Source of the DNA: an uncultured Rhizobiaceae bacterium
GTDB taxonomy: Bacteria; Pseudomonadota; Alphaproteobacteria; UBA828
Reading direction: 5' to 3'
Assembly (NCBI GenBank): GCA_964413115.1
Contig: CAYPSQ010000002.1
Span: 8,639 to 72,638, forward strand
DNA length: 64,000 bases
Both the position numbers and the translations under genes were made by a program. How positions within the stretch are numbered: the stretch's first letter is position 1; every line of letters begins with the position of its first letter. Of this stretch, positions 41,045 to 51,060 are shown one piece after another. The notes under the pieces were generated by a model, which was given only the letters and a program-made list of their open reading frames with translations, was not told the origin of the DNA and did not search any database.

Positions 41045-41901
41045 GAACTGTTCCGGTCGGTTTTCTCCACCGCCTCGCCCAGGCTTTCAAGCCAGGTGAT
41101 GTACTGAGCACAGTCGAAGCTATCCTCTTCGATTTGATATTCGTAGGTTCCAGCTTCTACCAATTCACGAATATGGTCGTATTCATCGCGTGTAATCGCG
41201 CGGTAGCGGTGCCGGTCGCCAGCTCTGGCGAGTACCGGGCCACCAGCAAAAACTGCGTTCTTCTGCTGTGGTTCGAAAATATTTACCGGCGTACGGCCGA
41301 ACAGTTGGCCGCCGCCGGGAACTCGGATCGGGTAAATCGTTGACGTGGTACCGCCGAAATTTAACAGCCGCGAATACGTCCAGCTGCGCGGCGTGCGGTA
41401 GAGCGGTGCACCGATGCGTTGGCGTGGATCCATCGCGTAGGACATGAAAGCGCCGGGTACAAAGCCAACCCCGGTGACCCAATAATCGCTGGCGGTGTGC
41501 GCCTTGATCACTTGCTCCGGCTTCATATTATTGAATTCAGCAATATATTCCATGTTGTTGCGGACACCGAAGGCTTCGGCGCACTCGCGCGACCAGGGGT
41601 CGTCATAGAGTGCCGGAATGGTCATTTTGCGGCTCGGTAGGTTTGGGACCTCGCTAGCTGATTCGATTAACTCCTGCAACGCAGCAATCAATTTGCCGCG
41701 CGTCGTCGCCAGCGGGTTGAACACGATGCCGAGTGTGCGGACTTGTGGGTTTGTTTCCACCAACCCGTTCGGCGGATTTGCGCGCAGGCTGATATCGAGG
41801 GCGAGGATACGAAAATTTAGGGCGATGCTGGTCTCGTCGCCGAACTCGATATTGAGCGCGGTATCACCCAAAGTCCGGAACATGGGCTGGTGATAGATCA
41901 T
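41029..41901 (-). CDS. pxpB: 5-oxoprolinase subunit B / KipI (allophanate hydrolase subunit 1 family), long variant
   Basis: MIYHQPMFRTLGDTALNIEFGDE N-terminus typical of PxpB. Start 41901 preferred. The ORF track extends to 41985. Confidence 0.65.
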   Translation of the reverse strand: MIYHQPMFRTLGDTALNIEFGDETSIALNFRILALDISLRANPPNGLVETNPQVRTLGIVFNPLATTRGKLIAALQELIESASEVPNLPSRKMTIPALYDDPWSRECAEAFGVRNNMEYIAEFNNMKPEQVIKAHTASDYWVTGVGFVPGAFMSYAMDPRQRIGAPLYRTPRSWTYSRLLNFGGTTSTIYPIRVPGGGQLFGRTPVNIFEPQQKNAVFAGGPVLARAGDRHRYRAITRDEYDHIRELVEAGTYEYQIEEDSFDCAQYITWLESLGEAVEKTDRNSSWSLA

Positions 41902-41962
41902 TGTCCACTTTGATGTAATTGGCTGTAGCGATATCCACCGCGCCTCAAAGGTACCGATACAG

Positions 41963-43294
41963 ATGGCTACCCGCAACGATCCCATCTTGCCCTTTGAAGC
42001 TCAGCAAATTAGGGTATCTACAGATTCAAGTTGGGAATTAAATGGAATTACGTCCGTGCTGAAAAATTTGCGTGTCTTGCTGATTATTTCTGGCGGCATA
42101 GCGGCTTATAAGAGTTTGGAGCTTATACGCGGACTGCGTGCCGGCGGTGCGCATGTGCGCCCAATTTTGACCAAGGGCGGAGCACAGTTCGTGACGCCGC
42201 TCTCCGTCGCCTCGTTGGCGTGCGAAAAGGTCCATAGCGAGCTGTACTCGCTCACCGATGAAAGTAAAATCGACCATATCCGATTGGCACGCGAGGTCGA
42301 TCTCGTTGTTGTCGCACCGGCAACGGCGGATATTCTGGCCAAGATGGCAAACGGCATCGCCGATGATCTTGCGACCACCGTACTGCTCGCCACCGACCGG
42401 CCGATATTGGTCGCGCCGGCGATGAATAGCCGCATGTGGGACAACGCCGCAACCCGGCGCAATTTGGCGCATTTGCAGGGTGATGGGGTGATGACGGTTG
42501 GGCCAGCACATGGCGAGCTTGCCGAGGGCGAAATTGGCCTCGGGCGCATGGCCGAACCGGCACAAATTCTCGCGGCGATTGATAATGCGCTGGGCGGCCC
42601 GCTGCTCGGACTGTGTGCTATTGTGACCAGTGGCCCCACCTATGAGCCTATCGATCCGGTACGTTATATAGCCAACCGTTCCTCCGGCAAGCAGGGACAT
42701 GCTATCGCTGGTGCCTGTGCTCGCCTCGGCGCCGCTGTTACCCTAGTGTCGGGGCCGACTGCTGAAGCTGATCCACCTGGGGTGGCGATGGTGCGTGTTG
42801 AAACAGCCCGAGATATGCTGGCAGCATGTCTCGAGGCGCTACCAGCCGATGTTGCTATCTGTGCCGCGGCGGTATCGGATTGGCGTCCGGCAGAGGCGCG
42901 GGTGCAGAAAATTAAGAAGGACAAGAGCGGTGCGGCCGCAGCTCCGGCTGATTTAAAACTGGTAGAAAACCCGGATATCCTGGCTGCCTTGGCGGCACAC
43001 GAGAACGAACGCCCGCGTCTGGTCATCGGATTTGCCGCCGAGACCGACGATGTCGTCGCTTATGCGCAGTCGAAACTTGTAACCAAGGGCTGCGATTGGA
43101 TTCTTGCTAATGACGTATCGCCGGAGACTGGCACCTTCGGTAGCGATCATAACAAAGTACATCTCATCAGCGTCGCGGCGGATGGCCAATCTGGCGATGC
43201 AGCCACAGTTGAAGAGTGGGCCTACGCCAGTAAATTAGACGTCGCCGCTCGCCTGGCGCAGCGCATTGCCCATACCTTGGGCAGCGCGGCATGA
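41963..43294 (+). CDS. coaBC: Bifunctional phosphopantothenoylcysteine decarboxylase / phosphopantothenate-cysteine ligase
   Basis: Flavoprotein domain [15 protein letters not shown] and C-terminal CoaB ligase domain. True start may be the GTG near 42056. Confidence 0.88.
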   Translation: MATRNDPILPFEAQQIRVSTDSSWELNGITSVLKNLRVLLIISGGIAAYKSLELIRGLRAGGAHVRPILTKGGAQFVTPLSVASLACEKVHSELYSLTDESKIDHIRLAREVDLVVVAPATADILAKMANGIADDLATTVLLATDRPILVAPAMNSRMWDNAATRRNLAHLQGDGVMTVGPAHGELAEGEIGLGRMAEPAQILAAIDNALGGPLLGLCAIVTSGPTYEPIDPVRYIANRSSGKQGHAIAGACARLGAAVTLVSGPTAEADPPGVAMVRVETARDMLAACLEALPADVAICAAAVSDWRPAEARVQKIKKDKSGAAAAPADLKLVENPDILAALAAHENERPRLVIGFAAETDDVVAYAQSKLVTKGCDWILANDVSPETGTFGSDHNKVHLISVAADGQSGDAATVEEWAYASKLDVAARLAQRIAHTLGSAA

Positions 43295-43755
43295 TTGACC
43301 AGGTCGAAGTAGCAGTTCGGCGGTTGCCGCACGGTAGCGATCTAGCTCTACCTGCCTATGCTAGTGGCGGCAGCGCTGGGCTTGATCTTCTAGCGGCCAT
43401 TGAGCGCGAGAAGGTTTTGGCTCCCGGCGAACGCTGCCTCGTGCCGTGCGGGATATGCTTGGCGCTTCCTGACGGCTATGAGGCGCAGGTGCGCGCGCGG
43501 TCCGGCTTAGCGCTGAAACACGGTCTCACGCTTCTCAATAGCCCGGGTACCATCGATTCTGATTATCGCGGCGAAATTGGGGTAATTCTTATAAATCACG
43601 GTGATGCGCCCTTCACCGTTGCGCGCGGCATGCGCATCGCGCAATTGGTTTTGGCGCCAGTGGTGCGCGCCGTCCTGGCGGAGACGCATTGTTTGCCCAA
43701 GACCGCGCGCGGCGCCAATGGTTTTGGCTCAACCGGCCTCAGTGCTAAAAATTAA
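43291..43755 (+). CDS. dut: dUTP diphosphatase
   Basis: GSAGLDL ... [15 protein letters not shown] dUTPase motifs. 154 aa. Confidence 0.92.
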   Translation: MIDQVEVAVRRLPHGSDLALPAYASGGSAGLDLLAAIEREKVLAPGERCLVPCGICLALPDGYEAQVRARSGLALKHGLTLLNSPGTIDSDYRGEIGVILINHGDAPFTVARGMRIAQLVLAPVVRAVLAETHCLPKTARGANGFGSTGLSAKN

Positions 43756-43768
43756 TAGTTCATCCCTT

Positions 43769-44224
43769 ATGCTGGAACCTTCCAAAAAGCTTGTTTATGC
43801 GGTCGAATCGGTGGTCGATATCGCCTATAACGGCGGCACCGAGCCTGTGCGCAGCCGTGAAATTGCCAAGCGCCAGGGCGTACCGCACCGTTATTTAGAA
43901 CAAGTAATGCAGAGTCTCGTACATGGGGGCGTGTTGCGCGGCGTGCGCGGTCCGCGCGGTGGATATCTGCTGGCGCGGGAGCGCCGGCGCATCACGCTTG
44001 GTCATATCGCGCGGGTGGTGCTTGAACTTGAAAAGATGGACCACAAAGAAGCCAAAGGTGCTGCTTCTGATTTGGCAGATTACGTGCTTCAACCAATATG
44101 GAACGAGATGCAGGAAGATATGATGACCCGCCTCGACAAGATTACGATCGAAGATCTTTGCCAGCGTGCGATGAGTCTCGGTATCGAGCGCGCCTCTGAC
44201 ACGAAACTTGATTTTACAATTTAA
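43769..44224 (+). CDS. Rrf2 family transcriptional regulator (CymR-like, lacks the three-Cys cluster ligands)
   Basis: [42 protein letters not shown] winged-helix signature of Rrf2. Only one Cys. Start at MLEPSKKL (43769). Confidence 0.8.
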   Translation: MLEPSKKLVYAVESVVDIAYNGGTEPVRSREIAKRQGVPHRYLEQVMQSLVHGGVLRGVRGPRGGYLLARERRRITLGHIARVVLELEKMDHKEAKGAASDLADYVLQPIWNEMQEDMMTRLDKITIEDLCQRAMSLGIERASDTKLDFTI

Positions 44225-44238
44225 GGGCGGAAAATATC

Positions 44239-45207
44239 GTGACAGATCAAGACCAAAAAACATTCTCGCGCGGCCGAATTTACGAAAATTTCATAGAAAC
44301 GGTCGGTGGCACGCCGCTGGTACGGTTCAATCGGCTGCCGCAGCAGGCTGGCTGTAAGGCCGAAATAATTGCCAAGCTTGAATTTTTCAATCCCTTGGCC
44401 TCGGTTAAAGACCGTATAGGCTTCGCCATGATCGACGCTGCTGAAGAAGTGGGGCAGGCGGTCCCAGGAAAGACAATTTTGGTCGAGCCGACCTCGGGAA
44501 ATACCGGGATCGCGCTGGCCTTTGTCGCCGCGGCGAAAGGCTACCGCTTGATTCTGACTATGCCGGAGAGCATGTCTCAGGAACGGCGTAAGCTTCTCAA
44601 GCTGCTCGGCGCCGAACTCGAGCTGACACCACCGGAATTGGGGATGAAAGGTGCTATGGCAAGGGCTCAGGAAATCGTTTCGGAAAATGACGGTGCACTG
44701 ATGCTTCAGCAATTCGCCAACCTCGCCAATCCGGCAGTTCACCGCCGCACAACGGCGGAAGAAATATGGAACGATTGCGACGGCAAGTTGGATGTGTTTG
44801 TGGCTGGCGTCGGCACCGGCGGTACCATCACCGGTTGCGCCCAGGTGCTGAAACCCCGCTTGCCGAATTTGCGCGTGGTTGGGGTTGAGCCCGAGGACAG
44901 TTCCGTGCTGTCTGGCGGCGCACCGGGCCCGCATAAAATTCAAGGAATCGGGGCAGGATTCTTACCGGACATTCTGGAGACGTCGCTGATCAACGAATAC
45001 CTATCCATTGGTAACGAGACCGCATTCGAAACGGCGCGCCAAGTCGCCCGGATGGAGGGCATCCCGGTCGGGATTTCGTCGGGCGCCGCGGTGGCGGCAG
45101 CGCTTGAGGTCGGCTCCCGCGCCGATATGGTGGGCAAGCGCATCGTGGTCATCATACCGTCCTTTGCCGAGCGTTATCTGTCGACCGATCTCTTCAGCGG
45201 CGTCTAG
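44239..45207 (+). CDS. cysK: Cysteine synthase (O-acetylserine sulfhydrylase, PLP-dependent)
   Basis: PLP-lysine motif NPLASVKDR and [10 protein letters not shown] loop. Confidence 0.88.
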   Translation: MTDQDQKTFSRGRIYENFIETVGGTPLVRFNRLPQQAGCKAEIIAKLEFFNPLASVKDRIGFAMIDAAEEVGQAVPGKTILVEPTSGNTGIALAFVAAAKGYRLILTMPESMSQERRKLLKLLGAELELTPPELGMKGAMARAQEIVSENDGALMLQQFANLANPAVHRRTTAEEIWNDCDGKLDVFVAGVGTGGTITGCAQVLKPRLPNLRVVGVEPEDSSVLSGGAPGPHKIQGIGAGFLPDILETSLINEYLSIGNETAFETARQVARMEGIPVGISSGAAVAAALEVGSRADMVGKRIVVIIPSFAERYLSTDLFSGV

Positions 45208-45227
45208 GACGGGATAGGGATCACCAC

Positions 45228-46049
45228 ATGGGCTTCGATGAATCCCAAATCGAGCGATATGCGCGCCATATCATTCTTCAAGAAGTCGGCGGGCGCGGGC
45301 AGGCCAAGCTGCTCAATTCGAACGTGCTTGTGGTCGGCGCTGGTGGCTTGGGCTCGCCGCTACTGCTCTATCTCGCTGCGGCTGGTGTTGGCACGCTGGG
45401 AATTGTCGATGATGACCGGGTAAGCTTATCAAATTTGCAGCGCCAAGTTATTCACACCAGTGATGGGTTGGGCGACCTCAAGGTCGAAAGTGCCGAGCGC
45501 ACTATCCATGCGATTAATCCCGACGTCACCGTGGTCGCGCATAACGAGCGGCTGACCGCGGAAAACGCCATGGATTTAATCTCTGCCTATGATTTGGTGG
45601 CCGATGGCAGCGATAATTTTGAAACACGGTTTCTGATCAACGATGCCTGCTATCTGGCTAAACGTACTCTTGTGTCGGCGGCGATCCTGCGGTTCGATGG
45701 CCAGCTCTCCACCTTTAAGGCGCATCTCGGTGAGGGCCATCCTTGCTACCGCTGTATTTTTCGCGAACCGCCACCGCCTGGTCTCATTCCGTCCTGCGCC
45801 GAGGGCGGCATTCTTGGCGCCGTGGCGGGCTCGATGGGTTCTCTGCAATCGACTGAAGTGCTGAAGGAATTACTCGACATCGGAGAAAGTCTATCCGGCA
45901 CGCTTATCATCTATGATGCGTTGAGCGCGACCTTCCGCAATGTGCGTGTCAAACCCGACCTGACCTGCCCGCTGTGCGGCGAGACTCCGACGATCACAGA
46001 CCTCACATCGCACTTGGCGAGCGCCGGCGAAGGCTGTGCGATGCCCTGA
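45228..46049 (+). CDS. moeB: MoeB/ThiF-type E1-like adenylyltransferase (sulfur-carrier protein activating enzyme), no rhodanese domain
   Basis: Nucleotide-binding VLVVGAGGLGSP and the two zinc CxxC pairs (CYRC, CPLC). Confidence 0.8.
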   Translation: MGFDESQIERYARHIILQEVGGRGQAKLLNSNVLVVGAGGLGSPLLLYLAAAGVGTLGIVDDDRVSLSNLQRQVIHTSDGLGDLKVESAERTIHAINPDVTVVAHNERLTAENAMDLISAYDLVADGSDNFETRFLINDACYLAKRTLVSAAILRFDGQLSTFKAHLGEGHPCYRCIFREPPPPGLIPSCAEGGILGAVAGSMGSLQSTEVLKELLDIGESLSGTLIIYDALSATFRNVRVKPDLTCPLCGETPTITDLTSHLASAGEGCAMP

Positions 46050-46079
46050 TTCGCGGCACGTTGCGCCAGCTGCGCTTGC

Positions 46080-46373
46080 TTGTCACACTCCTTAAGTCAT
46101 CAAGTGAAAGCGGAGACACGTGCGGTGCTGAGAGACGAAATCGTTGATATCGCAGATATCTATGTTCCCTTGAAGCGGCGCAATAGCCTGAATCAAGAGA
46201 CCGTGGCCGCGCTCGCTGAAAGCATTTTGGAAGATGGCATGAAAGTGCCGATACAATTGCGCAAGGACGGCGGCCGTTTTGTCCTCGTCGAAGGATTACA
46301 CCGGCTAGAGGCATGCCGCGCGCTTGGCGATGAAAATATTACTTGCATCATCGTTGACGCACGCAAATCGTGA
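46080..46373 (+). CDS. ParB N-terminal (ParB/Srx-fold) domain-only small protein
   Basis: ADIYVP...LAESILEDGMKVPIQLRKDGGRFVLVEGLHRLEACRALG parallels the ParB N-domain GERRxRA region. TTG start in the ORF track. A GTG at ~46105/46126 is more likely. Confidence 0.55.
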   Translation: MSHSLSHQVKAETRAVLRDEIVDIADIYVPLKRRNSLNQETVAALAESILEDGMKVPIQLRKDGGRFVLVEGLHRLEACRALGDENITCIIVDARKS

Positions 46374-46451
46374 GGTACCCTTTAAAAATTTCAATCTCCC
46401 AGGTAGGGAGTTCTAGAAAAATTTGACTATCATATTGGTGCACGCGGCCCG

Positions 46452-46724
46452 ATGCGGCGCGTACATGAGTACAAATACCGTCGGGTGTTCGCCTATCTCG
46501 GGCCGCTTGAAAGTAAAAGTGTGGATTGGGCGGAATGGGTCACCGGTGATTCGCCCGGGCGCCTAACAAAAATTAGCAACAGGCTTTACGCCCAAAAAGT
46601 GAGTCTGGAGAAAAAGCAGGAGCGCGACAACAACCAGGCGGCAATTACCCATTATGATCGCGGCCTGGAATTTCTGAAATTTACCTGTTACTGCGGGGAC
46701 TTCAGTTGTAATTGGCCGGATTGA
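46452..46724 (+). CDS. Orphan hypothetical protein, Cys-rich C-terminus (FTCYCGDFSCNW), in a low-GC islet
   Basis: 90-aa ORF in a locally AT-rich region. No recognisable family. Confidence 0.35.
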   Translation: MRRVHEYKYRRVFAYLGPLESKSVDWAEWVTGDSPGRLTKISNRLYAQKVSLEKKQERDNNQAAITHYDRGLEFLKFTCYCGDFSCNWPD

Positions 46725-46779
46725 TAACACCAGATCGTTAGTGCCGAGTGGTTGAGTTAGTGGCCCGGCTCTTCATCTT

Positions 46780-47772
46780 TCAGGCTGTACTTTCGATTAC
46801 CCGATCGGGCGGCATGTGACCATCAGCCCAAGTTTGAATGTTGATCAACACTTTTTCGCCCATATCGAGGCGGCCTTCGACGGTTGCTGAGCTCATATGC
46901 GGTAGCAGGACAACATTTTCGAGCTTGAGGAGTTTAGCGTTGATTGCCGGTTCGTTCTCGTAAACGTCGAGACCGGCGCCGGCGATGCTTCCTTGTTCCA
47001 ACAGCATAGCGAGCGCGGTCTCATCAATAGCATGGCCGCGCGATGTATTGACGATATAGCTGGTCGGGCGAATGAGCTTGAGCCGGCGCGCCGACAGTAA
47101 ATGGAAGGTTGCCGGCGTGCTCGGGCAATGGATAGTGATAAGGTCCATGTGAGCCAGCATCTGGTCAAGGCTTTCCCACCACGTGGCATCAAGTTCTTCT
47201 TCGATCTCGGCATGCACGCGTTTGCGGTTGTGATAATGGATCGTCAGCCCAAAACCGAGCGCGCGCCGTGCAACCGCCTGGCCGATCCGGCCCATGCCGA
47301 TGATGCCGAGGCGTTTGCCCCAAATGCGCTGACCAAGCATCGAGGTCGGTGCCCAACCTTGCCAGCTTCCGTCACGTACCAGCCGGTCGCCTTCGGTCAA
47401 CCGCCGGGGCGCAGCCAAGAGCAAAGCCATTGCCATATCGGCGGTGTCCTCAGTCAAGACACCTGGGGTGTTGGTGACCAGTATATCGTGCTCCCTGGCA
47501 GCAGCTAGATCGACATGATCAACTCCGGTACCGAAACTGGCGATCAGTTTGAGCTGCGGGCCAGCGGCGGCAATGACCTTGCGATCGATCGAATCGGTGA
47601 CCGTCGGCACGACGACATCGGCGCTTTGTACGGCCTGAATCAACTCGCCCTGGCTGAGCGGCGTGTCTGATTCGTTGAGACGCGTATCGAACAGCTCCAT
47701 CATGCGTGCCTGAATCTGATCCGGCAGGCGGCGGGTGATGAATACCAGCGGCTTTTTACTCGACAGCGGCAT
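46780..47772 (-). CDS. D-isomer-specific 2-hydroxyacid dehydrogenase (glyoxylate/hydroxypyruvate reductase-like)
   Basis: NAD-binding GIIGMGRIGQAVARRA and catalytic domain motifs. Start at MPLSSKKPLVF preferred. Confidence 0.85.
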   Translation of the reverse strand: MPLSSKKPLVFITRRLPDQIQARMMELFDTRLNESDTPLSQGELIQAVQSADVVVPTVTDSIDRKVIAAAGPQLKLIASFGTGVDHVDLAAAREHDILVTNTPGVLTEDTADMAMALLLAAPRRLTEGDRLVRDGSWQGWAPTSMLGQRIWGKRLGIIGMGRIGQAVARRALGFGLTIHYHNRKRVHAEIEEELDATWWESLDQMLAHMDLITIHCPSTPATFHLLSARRLKLIRPTSYIVNTSRGHAIDETALAMLLEQGSIAGAGLDVYENEPAINAKLLKLENVVLLPHMSSATVEGRLDMGEKVLINIQTWADGHMPPDRVIESTA

Positions 47773-47940
47773 GATTTTCCTTGTTCTACTCTTTGGCGTG
47801 CGTACCACCGCTAATTTCGGCGAAACCGCCTCTCTTGTCTAGCAAAGCAGGCTCATCGAGACAATTGAGCGCGGCGCCGATGATCTAGTATAAGCTGAGT
47901 GGTCGAATAATTAACCTGAGTCTGAAAGATCAACACCCGA

Positions 47941-48447
47941 ATGTGCCTTGCACGCCTAATTACATCGCTTCTTGCTGCTGTTGGCCTGATTGCCTGCTTG
48001 TGGCTGTGGTCACTGGCGGCGACGGGCGCTGCGGATTCCTTGCCGCTGCCGCGCTTCGTTTCGCTGAAATCGTCGGAGGTAAATCTGCGCACTGGCCCCG
48101 GGAAACGATATCCCATCGATTGGGTCTATCATCGCCGCGGGCTGCCGGTAGAGATAATCGCTGAATTCGACAATTGGCGTCGGGTGCGCGATTCAGAAGG
48201 CGTCGTGGGGTGGGTTCATCATGCGCTTTTATCGGGCCGCCGCGGCGCTCTGGTCGCGCTGCCAGAACGCATCTTTCGCCGCGCGCCGGAAATCGGCGCA
48301 CAGGCCTTATTTCAGGCTGCGACTGGCGTACTGGTGGAAATTATTTCCTGCGATGGCGTGTGGTGTAAAGTTTCGCACGACGATACCAATGCCTGGACAA
48401 AACAAAGCGGGCTTTGGGGCGTTTATCCTGGAGAGGTGATAGAGTAA
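47941..48447 (+). CDS. Secreted bacterial SH3-domain protein (two SH3b repeats)
   Basis: Signal peptide LLAAVGLIACLWLWSLAATGAA, then two ~60-aa repeats with VNLRTGPG... / WVHHALL and W..V signatures. Confidence 0.7.
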   Translation: MCLARLITSLLAAVGLIACLWLWSLAATGAADSLPLPRFVSLKSSEVNLRTGPGKRYPIDWVYHRRGLPVEIIAEFDNWRRVRDSEGVVGWVHHALLSGRRGALVALPERIFRRAPEIGAQALFQAATGVLVEIISCDGVWCKVSHDDTNAWTKQSGLWGVYPGEVIE

Positions 48448-48457
48448 GGCTGGGTAA

Positions 48458-49051
48458 TCAGTCGAAATCCGTGCCGAGCGCGCGCCGGGCGGTTTCCGGA
48501 ATGACCGCCATATGGCCGTAATTGGAATGATTTATGGATATCACGGTGCGCACCGCGTTATCGAGAAATCTCTCTATTTTGTCGGGGCTGAATTCAAACT
48601 GTAGAAAATGCACCGCGGATGTTTTGCCTTCGCCGGTGGTACGCTTAACCGTGTCGGCAATCGGCTGAGCCGCAATAGCGTTATCGCCAAGCTCAATGCG
48701 AATAGTTTTCTCGATGCCGCCGAGGCGGGCCAATTCACGCGCCCGCACGGTGCCGTCTGCAATTTCCAACATGAGTGTCGCGACGAGATTTCTTCCATTT
48801 GGAATCAATGGATTGTAAGCGTTCAATTCGCCTGAAACCTGTTCCTCTCCACCGCGCTCGACAAACAACATCTCGTGAATCTGCATCCACATAGTGTCGT
48901 AGCTCTCGAAATAAAATGTTGCAAATGGGCCGACGGCAATGCGCCGGGCGCGTTTAACACCGCTGATTTGCGCACGCCTTGCAGCTCGCTCGTCGGCATA
49001 TGTGGCCATATCCATGATATCGGAAGGAAATATTTTACGTTTAGTCGCCAT
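48458..49051 (-). CDS. DUF3501 family protein
   Basis: 197-aa protein, last gene of the rubrerythrin operon. Assigned to DUF3501 by recall of its sequence pattern and its conserved neighbourhood, not by a search. Confidence 0.55.
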   Translation of the reverse strand: MATKRKIFPSDIMDMATYADERAARRAQISGVKRARRIAVGPFATFYFESYDTMWMQIHEMLFVERGGEEQVSGELNAYNPLIPNGRNLVATLMLEIADGTVRARELARLGGIEKTIRIELGDNAIAAQPIADTVKRTTGEGKTSAVHFLQFEFSPDKIERFLDNAVRTVISINHSNYGHMAVIPETARRALGTDFD

Positions 49052-49060
49052 GTAAATTTC

Positions 49061-50434
49061 CTATTTGCCGAGTTCGTAGGCCCGGGCGAAGAGCTCGATG
49101 GGGTGATAGGCGCGCGTAACTTTCGGTAATGCCGAGGCGCCGTCCTTATGTTCTTTGCTTTCTGCCGCGAGCAGTTCCATGCCGGCGACAATATGGCTGG
49201 CGGCAAGCGGGCATTCAGATGCGATGAAGCGGCTGCCGTTTTCCAGAGCGCGCCGTGCCGTGGGTTTGCCGACCTTGAGCGCAATCTCGTGGAAATCCCG
49301 GGTGACGCCAATCGAGCCACCATGGCCTGAGCAACGCTCGATCACTTCAATTTCCGCGTTCGGCACGAGCTTTAGCATGTCTGCCGCCTTATTGCCGATA
49401 TTCTGCGCGCGGGCGTGGCATGCCATATGCAGAGTCACACCGCCCTCGAGGGTTCCCATGCCCTCGGCTAATCCTTCATCGCGGGCAATGGCGACGATGT
49501 ATTCGGTGATGTCGAAGCTGTGTGCTGCCAGCCGCGCTACCTTGGCATCCTCAGGCAGCAGGAGCGGCCATTCAAGTTTGAGCATGAGTGCGCAGCTCGG
49601 CACTAAGGCGACGACGTCGTAGCCCTTGTCGATCCAATTTCCGAGCTCAGCGGCGGTTTTCATGGCGTTTTCAGCAACTCGCGCAATATCTCCCTGTTCG
49701 AGCTGTGGCATGCCGCAGCAGCGTGGATACACTACCTCGCAGGTCACCCCATTATGGGCAAGAACCGCCAGCGCCGCCTCGCCGATGGCGGGAGAATTGT
49801 AATTGGTGAAGCAAGTGGCATAGAGCGCGACCTTGCGCCCTTGGGCTGGAGCTGAGCCGTTCACCGCTGGTGGGTTCTTGCGTGCTCGGCGCAGAAATGT
49901 CGGGTTGCGAAATCGCGGTAGGCGCGCTTCGCGGTGAATACCGGCCAGCTTTTCCATCGCTAACCGGCTGAGGCGGTTGCTTTTTTGTGCTCCCCAATTC
50001 ATCAGCGGTGCAAAAATGCGCGCAAGACGCCCATTCTTATCTGTTTCGGCGAGTCGTGGACTGGCCGAGGTCGGTGCCTGCCCGTTGCGATGCTGGTTGG
50101 CGCGGTAGCGCAACATGAGATGCGGAAAATCGATATTCCATTCATGTGGTGGGGTATATGGGCATTTGGTCATGAAGCACATGTCGCACAGTGTGCAGGC
50201 ATTGACGACACTGGCGAAGTCCGCCGATGCAACGCCATCGACTTCACCGGTCTTTGAGTCGTCTACCAGATCGAACAGGCGGGGGAAGGAATCGCACAGG
50301 CTGAAACAACGTCGGCAGCCATGGCAGATGTCGAACACCCGCCGCATTTCCACATCGAGCGCTGGCGCATCGAAAAATTCAGGATCGCGCCATGCGACAG
50401 GATGGCGTATCGGTGCACCGGGATCCACAGCCAT
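49061..50434 (-). CDS. Heterodisulfide-reductase/GlcF-like iron-sulfur protein (2x[4Fe-4S] ferredoxin motifs + two CCG domains)
   Basis: CHGCRRCFSLCDSFP and CTLCDMCFMTKCPYTP ferredoxin-type motifs. CCG-domain cysteines (PRCCGMP, CSGHGG, ECPLAAS). Confidence 0.8.
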   Translation of the reverse strand: MAVDPGAPIRHPVAWRDPEFFDAPALDVEMRRVFDICHGCRRCFSLCDSFPRLFDLVDDSKTGEVDGVASADFASVVNACTLCDMCFMTKCPYTPPHEWNIDFPHLMLRYRANQHRNGQAPTSASPRLAETDKNGRLARIFAPLMNWGAQKSNRLSRLAMEKLAGIHREARLPRFRNPTFLRRARKNPPAVNGSAPAQGRKVALYATCFTNYNSPAIGEAALAVLAHNGVTCEVVYPRCCGMPQLEQGDIARVAENAMKTAAELGNWIDKGYDVVALVPSCALMLKLEWPLLLPEDAKVARLAAHSFDITEYIVAIARDEGLAEGMGTLEGGVTLHMACHARAQNIGNKAADMLKLVPNAEIEVIERCSGHGGSIGVTRDFHEIALKVGKPTARRALENGSRFIASECPLAASHIVAGMELLAAESKEHKDGASALPKVTRAYHPIELFARAYELGK

Positions 50435-50530
50435 CTCTCTTGCCAGTCTAGTTGGGTGTGGTGGAAGTCAGCGCAGCGGGGCTCCCGACGAAAACTGTCG
50501 GCAGCCCCGGCGCCATGTGCCTAGTCTCGA

Positions 50531-50947
50531 TTAAAGTGAATCGAGAGCTTGTTGGAAGCGGCCGGCGTGGGATTTCTCAGCCTTAGCGAGAGTTTCGAAC
50601 CAGTCAGCGATTTCATCGAAACCTTCATCGCGCGCGGTGCGCGCCATGCCGGGATACATATCAGTATATTCATGTGTCTCGCCGGCGACAGCAGCGGCGA
50701 GATTGTTTGACGTGTCACCAATCGGCAAGCCTGTGGCCGGATCTCCGGTTTCTACCAAATAATCTAGGTGGCCGTGTGCATGGCCGGTTTCACCCTCGGC
50801 GGTGGAGCGAAATACGGTCGATACATCGTTGAAACCTTCAACATCCGCCCGGCGCGCGAAATAGAGATAGCGCCTGTTCGCTTGACTTTCGCCCGCGAAA
50901 GCGTCTTTCAAATTTTGTTCGGTCTTGGAACCCTTCAATGCCGGCAT
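50531..50947 (-). CDS. Rubrerythrin-family diiron protein (ferritin-like domain only, no rubredoxin domain)
   Basis: [18 protein letters not shown] start typical of rubrerythrin, and the four E/ExxH diiron ligand helices. Confidence 0.85.
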   Translation of the reverse strand: MPALKGSKTEQNLKDAFAGESQANRRYLYFARRADVEGFNDVSTVFRSTAEGETGHAHGHLDYLVETGDPATGLPIGDTSNNLAAAVAGETHEYTDMYPGMARTARDEGFDEIADWFETLAKAEKSHAGRFQQALDSL

Positions 50948-51060
50948 CGGCTTCTCTCCTAATTTGTTTTTTTCGCTCAGCGACGACCGCGACGGTTATC
51001 CACCGCGGCACCATGCTAGGCAGCCTTTTATGCAGTAGGCGGGCAGCGCCGTCAAGTTCA

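Noticed and set aside
43601-43768. Extension of the Rrf2 ORF back into dut (ORF-track start 43601).
   Set aside because: The Rrf2 winged-helix domain begins at MLEPSKKL (43769). The upstream part is out-of-frame dut sequence.
50996-51004. TTATCCACC, an 8/9 match to the DnaA box, in the irr-rubrerythrin spacer.
   Set aside because: A single isolated near-match far from dnaA/oriC, probably chance. The adjacent ICE palindrome is the more convincing regulatory element.
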